From Myxococcaceae bacterium (GTDB lineage Bacteria; Myxococcota; Myxococcia; Myxococcales; Myxococcaceae): DNA of 22,578 nucleotides. Made by a program: the position numbers and the translations under genes. Within the stretch, counting starts at the first letter, position 1. Each line of letters begins with the position of its first letter. The stretch is taken from the NCBI GenBank assembly GCA_035304185.1, contig DATGQN010000114.1, positions 1-22,578 of the forward strand, given 5' to 3'. Positions 1 through 7,500 of the stretch are shown in pieces. Under the pieces are notes generated by a model. The model saw only the letters and a list, made by a program, of their open reading frames with translations, was not told the origin of the DNA and searched no databases.

Positions 1-1118
1 CACATCTTGATGCGGATGTCGCCGGCGAAGGTCACGTCCCACGCGCTCGCGTGGCAGACCACGTCGCGGTCGCGCGGCTTCACGAACTGGCTGCGCTCCC
101 AGAAGGTCTCCGGCAGCTTCTCCAGGCCCAGCGAGGTGAAGAAGGACTCACCGAGCTTCACCATCTTGAGGTGGTCCCACTTCTGCGCCTGCAGCTCGCG
201 CGTCACGTCCAGGCTCGCCTGGCCGGGGTACGGCTCCATCAGCGGGTAGATGTTCATCCACTCCTGCGCCCACATGTTGCCGAGCAGGTGCGCGGGGATG
301 GGCTCACCGGCGGGGACCTTGTCCTCGCCGTACTGCTTGGCCAGGCGGCCGCGGACGTAGCAGTGCAGCTCCTCGTACAGGGGCTGGACCTGCTGCCACA
401 GCCGGTCGGTCTCCTTCTCGAACGCCTCGGGGGGCATGTCGTAGCCGCTGCGCCAGAGGTCGCCCAGATCGTTGAAGCCGATCTCGCGCGCGCCCTCGTT
501 CCCAAGCGTCACCATGCGCTCGAAGAGGGGGCGCATCGGCGGGGAGACGGTGCGCCAGCCGACCCAGGCCTCCAGCAGCTCGTCGTAGTTGCGGCTGGTG
601 TCGATGACCCGGGAGAGCTCGAGCAGATCCCGGCACTCGCCCTTCCCGTCCTCACCGCAGTACCTGCCCTTGCCGTAAATCCCCTCGAGGCGGGAGGCGG
701 TGGTGGCCAGCTCCTCGCGCTTGGCGGGATCCGACGGCGCCGGCAGTGAGGAGGAGAGGCGCAGCAGCTCCAGTTGGCGCTTGGTGTCGGGGTTGGTGGC
801 GACGTCCACGAACGAGGCGGCCTTGGGGATGGCGGTGGAGAGGTAGGCCATCACCGCCTCGTTGGCGGTCGCGGCGTTCCGCTCGGTGTCGCCGGTGATG
901 TAGGTGGCCTTGATCCACTCGGCGGTGGCCGCGCGGGTCCAGAGCTCCTTGAGCTCGGTGTTCACCTGCTTGGCGTAGGCATCCGCCTCCTCCGCGGTGG
1001 GCGCCTTCTCGGCCTCAGCCTCGGCGGGTTCGGGTGCGGCAGCGGGAGGTGTCTCCTGCTTGGAAGGACAGGCACTCAGGCCCAGCAGCATCAGGGAAGC
1101 TAGAAGCAGTCGTCTCAT
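1..1118 (-). CDS. M2-family zinc peptidyl-dipeptidase (angiotensin-converting-enzyme-like) lipoprotein; 5' ~372 codons only, the gene continues past the window start
   Basis: Reverse-complement translation from the ATG at 1118..1116 gives [17 protein letters not shown] (signal peptide with lipobox LSAC). Further in it reads ...[32 protein letters not shown]...FFTSLGL...VVCHASAWD...IRIKMC. I recall this as matching human ACE ([22 protein letters not shown]...FFTSLGL...[10 protein letters not shown]...FRIKQC). The frame is open to position 1, and the HEMGH zinc motif would lie just outside the window. This frame runs off the window edge, so the ORF track does not list it. The + ORF 51..749 is antisense to it. 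Confidence 0.85.
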   Translation of the reverse strand, partial: [372 protein letters not shown]

Positions 1119-1223
1119 GGGGCGCGTACCCTACTCAGGGATGTTGGCCGGCCGCCACGACTCAAGCGCCCCTCCGGCCCCGCCGTTGCCGCCAGCGGGG
1201 AGCGTGGACAGCGTGCCCGCGGC
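1119..1223. promoter_or_regulatory. 105-bp divergent intergenic region between the ACE-like gene and the AI-2E transporter gene
   Basis: Positional only. The AI-2E start is uncertain, so the region may be larger. Confidence 0.25.
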
Positions 1224-2438
1224 ATGGATCCCGAAGAGCCAGCCGGACCGACGCCCCCCTCCGCTCCCCCGTCGGAGCCGATGCCGGAGGGGGCATCCCC
1301 TTCACCGACGTCCAACCGGGGGCCCTCCTTCCCGGAAGGCTCGCCCCTGCCGCCCGGCGATCCCTCCCAGCTCCTCTCCCGCGCGGATCTGGCCTTCGCC
1401 GTCACGCTGCTGGTGGGCCTGCTGCTCACCCTGGTGATCTACGCCTTCTTTCCCACCATCATCGCGGTCTTCCTGATCTCCTCGGTGGTCACCTACGCAC
1501 TGGTCCCGCTCGCCGATCTTCTCGAGCGGCAGGGCCTCAACCGGACCGCGGGCGTGGCGCTCGCTGGCCTGGCGGGGATCGGCGCGGTGACGGTCATCGT
1601 CCTCCTCATGGCACCCACGGTCAGTGAGCAGGTGCAGCAGTTGCCCGGTGCCATCAGCCGGATGGGAGACCGGGTGCTCGAGCTGTGGGAGTCCCTCACC
1701 ACCGCCCTTCCGCCGGTGGTGATCCAGACCACCGAGCGGATCGTGGGCGGTGTCTGGCAGGAGCTCTCCGGCTTCCAGGGCGTCGGGGGCGGGCTGTTGG
1801 CCCGCTACGCAGGAACCGCCGCCAGCGGCGTCACGGCGGTCGCCACCTCCCTCATCCTGGTCCCGGTCTTCACCTTCCTCATGTTGCGCGGCTACCACCA
1901 GTTCATCGGCGGCATGTTGGAGCTGGTCCCCTACCGCTGGCGTCCGCGGTTCAAGCAGCGGACCGGCGAGGTGGACGTGGTGCTCTCCGGCTTCATCCGC
2001 GGCCAGCTCACCATCTGCGCCATCCTGGTGGTCCTCTACGCTGTCGCCTTCTCCATCATCGGCGTGCCCCTGGCGATCCTCATCGCCATCCTGGGCGGGG
2101 TGGGTGAGCTCATCCCCTACCTGGGGAACGTCCTCGCACTGACGCTGGGGATGCTGCTTGCCTTCGCGGGAGGCTCCGCGATGGACGCGGTCTGGGTGGC
2201 GGTCGCCTACCTGGTGATCCAGGGCATCCAGTCCGCCGTCATCTCGCCCTACATCATGGGACGTCGGGTGAGCCTGAGCCCGGTGACCATCATCGTGGCC
2301 CTGGCGATCGGTGGGCAGATCCTGGGCTTCATGGGACTGCTGTTCGCGGTGCCGGCCGCGGCGCTGCTCAAGGTCGGTGCGCGCTCGGCGCTGAGCTCGT
2401 GGCGCCTGAGCGGCTTCTATCGCAAGACCCCGGGCTGA
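1224..2438 (+). CDS. AI-2E family transporter (UPF0118/PerM/TqsA-like inner-membrane protein) with a Pro-rich N-terminal extension
   Basis: 404-aa ORF with about 8 predicted TM segments. C-terminal half reads ...GELIPYLGNVLALTLGMLLAF...VISPYIMGRRVSLSPVTIIVALAIGGQILGFMGLLFAVPAAALLKV, typical of PF01594 AI-2E transporters. The first ~55 aa are Pro/Ser-rich and low-complexity, so the true start may be further downstream; no clear Shine-Dalgarno (SD) sequence precedes any candidate start. It is divergent from the ACE-like gene. Confidence 0.8.
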   Translation: MDPEEPAGPTPPSAPPSEPMPEGASPSPTSNRGPSFPEGSPLPPGDPSQLLSRADLAFAVTLLVGLLLTLVIYAFFPTIIAVFLISSVVTYALVPLADLLERQGLNRTAGVALAGLAGIGAVTVIVLLMAPTVSEQVQQLPGAISRMGDRVLELWESLTTALPPVVIQTTERIVGGVWQELSGFQGVGGGLLARYAGTAASGVTAVATSLILVPVFTFLMLRGYHQFIGGMLELVPYRWRPRFKQRTGEVDVVLSGFIRGQLTICAILVVLYAVAFSIIGVPLAILIAILGGVGELIPYLGNVLALTLGMLLAFAGGSAMDAVWVAVAYLVIQGIQSAVISPYIMGRRVSLSPVTIIVALAIGGQILGFMGLLFAVPAAALLKVGARSALSSWRLSGFYRKTPG

Positions 2439-2573
2439 AGGCCGTCGGCAGCAGTCCCCGGAAGGCGCCCAGAAATATTCAGACGCGCGGCAGATCCAAA
2501 CGCGGAGGGAGTGCGTTCGAGCAGCCACCTCAACGCTCCCGCTCCCGGGACCTCACCCTCGAGGGTCTGCCGC

Positions 2574-4391
2574 ATGAACGTCCAAACCTCCCGCGCGCTG
2601 CTCGCCGCGTGCGTCCTGTTGATCGGCACCGCCTGCCACCGCAGCTCCCATTCTCCCTCCGAGCCCGCCGCGATGCAGGGCAACGACGACACGCCGGGCG
2701 TCACCGTGGAGGCGCTGGTCGTCCGCGATGTCCGGGAAGTGCCTGCGGAGCCGGCTCGCCCCGCGCCGGCCCCTCCTCCTGCCGCCGAGCTCAGGGAGGA
2801 GTCGCGGCGCAGCCGGGATTCGCTGGTCTCCCGGGCTTCAGAGAAGCTGCGGAACCTGATGGGAGCCGGCGCCAGCGTCCAGTCACTCTCCGGCACCGAT
2901 GGCCCCTCCCTCTCCCTGTCGGCGGCGCGGCCGGCCCATTCGTTCGAGCAGGAGGCGAAGCGGTCCGCGCTGCCGCCGGCCAGGGATGGCAATCGCTTCC
3001 AGGGGATGGAGCCCAACCCCTACGTGCGCACCGCCGACGATGCGCTCTCGACCTTCGCCATCGACGTGGACACCGCGAGCTACTCGGTGAGCCGGCGCTA
3101 CCTGATGCAGGGAGCCCTTCCGCCGGCGGACGCGGTGCGGGTGGAGGAGTTTCTCAACGCCTTCACCTACCGCTACCCCGCGCCCCGGCGTGAGCCCTTC
3201 TCCGTGCACCTCGAGGGCGCGCCCTCTCCGCTCACCTCCGGCCGCACCCTCCTGAAGGTGGGCGTTCAGGGACGCCAGGTCTCCCGCGCGGATCGCAAGC
3301 CGGCCAACCTGGTCTTCCTCGTGGACACCAGCGGTTCCATGAACCATCCGGACAAGCTCCCGCTCGCCATCGATGCCCTCAAGCTCCTGGTGAAGAACCT
3401 CAACGAGCACGACACCATCGCCCTCACCACGTACGCCGGCTCGACCCGGGATGTGCTGCCTCCCACCCCCGCCACCGAGTACACCCGCATCTACCGGGCG
3501 CTCGATTCGCTGAGGTCGGGTGGCGGAACGGCGATGGGGGCGGGGCTCACCACCGCCTACGCCCATGCGCTCAAGGGCGCCGGCAGCGGACGCAACTCGC
3601 GGGTCATCGTGCTCACCGATGGCGACGCGAACCTGGGTCGCAACCTCACCCCGGACGCGATGCTGGAGAGCGTGAAGGCGGGTGTCGAGGAGGGCGTTAC
3701 CCTCACCACCATCGGCCTGGGGATGGGCAACTACCGCGATGATCTGCTCGAGCGCCTCGCCAACCGCGGCAACGGCAATGCCTTCTACATCGACAGCATG
3801 AAGGAGGCCCGGCGGGTGTTCGAGACGCGGCTGGCCGGCACCCTCGAGGTCATCGCCAAGGACGTGAAGATCCAGGTCGAGTTCAACCCGAAGGCCGTGT
3901 CCGGGTACCGGCTGCTCGGCTACGAGAACCGTGACATCGCCGACGAAGACTTCCGCGACGACAAGGTCGACGCCGGCGAGATCGGCGCGGGCCACAGCGT
4001 GACCGCCCTCTACGAGGTCGCGCTCACCGGTAAGGACGACACCCTCGCCACCGTCCGCGTGCGCGCCAAGGCGCCGACCGGCACCCGCGCGACCGAGTCC
4101 GCCTTCACCTTCGGACGTGACCGCCTCTCCAGCACGCTCGAGGGTGCCTCCCCGGACCTCCGCTTCGCCGCCGCCGTGGCCATGACCGCCGAGGTGCTCC
4201 GCCGCGCCCCCGACTCCGAGTCCATCTCCCTCGAGCGGGCACACCGCCTGGCCAAGGGAAGCATCCAGCGCGACGAGGACCGTGCGGAGTTCGTCAAGCT
4301 GCTCGAGTCCGTGCAGCAGCTGAGCTCGCGCGTCGCGCGGAGCCCCTCGCCCGCGCCGCGTCACGCCCCGATGCCGGAGCACGCCTACTGA
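2574..4391 (+). CDS. von Willebrand factor type A (vWA/MIDAS) domain lipoprotein, YfbK-like (vWA_N2 + vWA + DUF3520-like C-terminus)
   Basis: Start taken at ATG 2574 (MNVQTSRALLAACVLLIGTAC, signal peptide with Cys lipobox); the track ORF begins upstream at 2511. N-terminal block NPYVRTADDALSTFAIDVDTASYSVSRRYL...VEEFLNAFTYRYP. vWA fold with MIDAS motif LVFLVDTSGSMN...TAL...GGGTAMGAGL...VIVLTDGDANLG. C-terminal VKIQVEFNPKAVSGYRLLGYENRDIADEDFRDDKVDAGEIGAGHSVTALYEV matches the YfbK-family tail as I recall it. Confidence 0.8.
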   Translation: MNVQTSRALLAACVLLIGTACHRSSHSPSEPAAMQGNDDTPGVTVEALVVRDVREVPAEPARPAPAPPPAAELREESRRSRDSLVSRASEKLRNLMGAGASVQSLSGTDGPSLSLSAARPAHSFEQEAKRSALPPARDGNRFQGMEPNPYVRTADDALSTFAIDVDTASYSVSRRYLMQGALPPADAVRVEEFLNAFTYRYPAPRREPFSVHLEGAPSPLTSGRTLLKVGVQGRQVSRADRKPANLVFLVDTSGSMNHPDKLPLAIDALKLLVKNLNEHDTIALTTYAGSTRDVLPPTPATEYTRIYRALDSLRSGGGTAMGAGLTTAYAHALKGAGSGRNSRVIVLTDGDANLGRNLTPDAMLESVKAGVEEGVTLTTIGLGMGNYRDDLLERLANRGNGNAFYIDSMKEARRVFETRLAGTLEVIAKDVKIQVEFNPKAVSGYRLLGYENRDIADEDFRDDKVDAGEIGAGHSVTALYEVALTGKDDTLATVRVRAKAPTGTRATESAFTFGRDRLSSTLEGASPDLRFAAAVAMTAEVLRRAPDSESISLERAHRLAKGSIQRDEDRAEFVKLLESVQQLSSRVARSPSPAPRHAPMPEHAY

Positions 4392-4437
4392 CCCGGCCCG
4401 GGCTCCCGCGTCGGTAACAAGCCCGCTGGTATCCCGT

Positions 4438-4466
4438 GGCCCTCCGTCTCCGCGCATCGGAGGCCG
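4438..4466. terminator. weak hairpin between the convergent vWA and giant-ATPase genes
   Basis: CCTCCG (4441-4446) pairs with CGGAGG (4458-4463), 6-bp stem with an 11-nt loop. A palindrome CCCGGcCCGGG lies immediately after the vWA stop (4392-4404). Confidence 0.25.
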
Positions 4467-4501
4467 GGGGCCACGTCGCTTTGAAGGGCAGGTACTGCCG
4501 C

Positions 4502-7500
4502 TCAGGCGGGAGGGCGGATCCCGCGCAGGAGCTCGAGGGCTTCACTCACCTGCTTCCACACCTGCATGGCGCGCACATACCCCTCGCCCTCCTTCAGGTG
4601 CGAGCGGGCCAGACGCGCGAGCGGAACCAGCATCCCCTCGAGCAGGACGAGCTGGCGGGCGACGTCGTCGGGCACCATCACCAGCGGCGGGGCTCCACTT
4701 CCCGCGGCGGCCGGTACCGCCATGGGCATGGGACCGGAATCCACGGGCGCCGGGCGGGACACCGCATCCACCGTGCTCTGCTGCGCGGGGCGACTGGCCA
4801 GGATTTCGAGCACCCGTCCCAGCTGCTCCAGGTAGGGAGCGAGATCGGGCGCCGATGCCGCCTCGGCCTTCTCGCGCTTGGGAAGGGGCGGCGGACGCTG
4901 CTGCTGCTTTCCGAGGTCGGCGGCCACGTTGACCAACTGCTGAAGCGACTGCTCGAGCGTGTTGAGCCGCGGCTCGATGAGGCCCCAGGTCGGGCCCGGT
5001 CCGGACGGCGTGGTCTCGGGCTGGCTTCGGGCCTCGGCCGCGGTGCGCGCCGCCTCCAGGATGCCGGTGCGGATCCCGGTGAGCTGCTCGCCGACTTCCG
5101 AGAGTTCGGCGGTGACGCGGGTGACCGGATCATCGTCGGAGCCCCCCTGGCGCACCACGCGCGCGAAGCCCCGCTTGAGCTCGTCCCAGCGCGCCTTCTC
5201 CTCGGCAGAGAGCCGGCCGCGAAGCTCACCGAGCTTGAGGAGGTTGCCCTCGGCGCCGGTGGTGAGGGTCTGAGACTCGCCGCGGTAGTGATCGTCGATG
5301 AGCTCCTCGAGCTCCGCGTCGGTCATCGCCGAGACCACCTTGGAGGCCAGCCGCGACATGTTGCGGTAGCTGCCCTGCAGCTTGAAGGGGGGCTCGGTGC
5401 GGAAGCGATCGTCCTGCGCCGCCGAGGCGATGTAGGCCGCGTTCACCTTGCCCAGGGTCTGCTGGACCTTGAGCAGCCGCTGCAGCACCGCGACCATCTC
5501 CTGGACCTCGACCGCCGACCAGCTGCCCTCGAGCGCGTTGGCGCTCTCCTCCCGCCCCTGCGCAATCCGGATGAGCAGCTGGGTGTCCTTGCGATCCCGG
5601 AGGGCCAACGGTGCCAGGACCTCGTTGGAGGTCAGCGCGTTCTCCACGAAGGAGAGGGCGAAGAGCTCCTCGCGCCCATTGAGGATGTCACCCAGGTTGT
5701 AGGTGTCGGCGCGGTTGGCGAGCATGTCCGGGATGCGGAAGCGCTCGCCGGTCTCGTTGTAGGGGTTGCCCGCCATGACCACGGCGAACTTCTTGCCCCG
5801 CAGATCGTAGGTCCGCGTGCGGCCGTTCCAGACGCCCTCGATGCGGCGCTGCCCGTCGCAGAGGCTGATGAACTTCTGGAGCAGCTCCGGATCGGTGTGC
5901 TGCACGTCGTCCAGGTAGAGCATCACGTTGTTGGCCATCTCGAAGGCCAGGTTGATGCGCTCCACCTCCTGCCGCGCGGTGGCGTTGGGCGCCTCGCTCG
6001 GATCCAGGGACTTCACCGCGTGCCCCAGCGCCGGCCCGTTCACCTTCACGAAGGCGAGGCCCAGGCGGCTGGCCACGTACTCCATCAGGGTCGTCTTGCC
6101 GTAGCCCGGCGGGCTCATGAGCAGCAGAAGGCCCTGCCGATCGGTGCGCTTGTTCTCGCCCACCGTTCCCAGCTGCTTGGCGAGGTTGTCGCCGATGAGG
6201 GGCAGGTAGACCTCGTCGATGAGCCGGTTGCGCACGAAGGTGCTGAGCACCTTGGGCTGCAGCTCGTCGAGCCGGAAGCGCCGCCGCTCGCGCTCGATGA
6301 GCTCGCGCAGGGCCTTGCGGTAGGCGTGGAAGGCCGGGACCTCGACGTGGCGGAAGTGCCCGATGCGCTCGAGGAAGGCGTCCAAGCGCAGGTCCAGCTT
6401 CCCCTCCCGGATGCGCGGATGGCTTCCGAGCAGCCCGGAGACCTCGCCGGCGATCAGGGCGCTCGCGCTCACCCGATCCAGCTGGGCACCGGTGAGCAGC
6501 ATGACCGCCGCCTCGTCCAGGGCGTGCGCCCGTGCCCCGGCGTCCGCGTCGGTCCTCACCAGGCCGGAGAGCCAGGCGCGCATCAGCCCCAGACGCTCAG
6601 GGAGCCGCTTCTCGAGCGCCCGCAGATCCTCCTCGAAGACCGACCGGGTCCCCCGCGCATCGAGCAGCGCCATCAGCCGGTCGCAGAGCCACTCGGCGTC
6701 CGCGCTGCTGGTGAAGCGTGGATGCTCGGCGGTCAGCTCCTCACTGAGGTAGCGCCCCGCGACCCGGGTGACGCCCGGGGCATGCGGGATGCGGTGGGCG
6801 TCGAGGAAGGCCGCGATGCGCTCGGCGAGCTCATCTCCCAGCTCGAGCAGCGCGGGGGCCTGCTGGAAGACCGTCCGGAGGCGGCCCAGCGATCGCGCGC
6901 GGCTGTGCAGCTGATCCCGCTCGCCGGCATCCTCGAGGAAGGCCCAGTAGAGACAGGCGAAGGCCCGAGGCGTGGGCGCGTGGCGCAGCAACCCCGCGCC
7001 GTCATGGAGCGCGAGCAGCTTGCCCAGGATGACGCTCGCGTCGACGTCGTGAACGCCCCGCTCGTAGCCCTCCTCGTAGCGATCGGCGGCGACCTTGCGC
7101 ACCAGCCCGAGCAGCCCGTCCGGCGCCAGTGCCGCCTCGTGGAGCGCCGGGACCGAGAGACCGTTCTGCTGCTCCTCGGCGTCGAAGAGGATGCTCCCCG
7201 CCAGGTACTCCGCCCGGTAGACCTCCGGCGACTCCGAGACCAGGTGCTGATCGAAGCGCGAGGTGTGCTTCAGGATCTCCGGATCGGTGATGGGCTCCGA
7301 GAAGTCGGTTCCCAGGATGTTGAGGGACAGGCCGCCATCACGGGGGAGCACCGTGAGTTCCAGCGCCTGGGTGCTCACGCTGAAGCGGTGCGTCCCGAGC
7401 CGCAGGACGTTCTCGCCCCCCTCGAAGATCTCCGCGCGATCGCGCAGGCCTCGCAGCCCGTCCTGGCGCGCGGTCTTCAGCCGACCTTCGAGCTCGTCCC

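Noticed and set aside
1302-2528. 408-aa minus ORF antisense to the AI-2E transporter, and the 51..749 + ORF antisense to the ACE-like gene
   Set aside because: Charged and low-complexity (D/E/G/R/H) translations. The opposite strands have clear TM topology and ACE homology respectively.
2511-2573. upstream extension of the vWA gene (track start 2511)
   Set aside because: The 21 extra residues (MRSSSHLNAPAPGTSPSRVCR) precede a canonical signal peptide that begins at the ATG 2574; the shorter start is more plausible.
2883-4457. 524-aa minus-strand ORF overlapping the vWA gene
   Set aside because: Gly/Arg/Ala-rich junk. The + strand has a clean MIDAS motif and a signal peptide.
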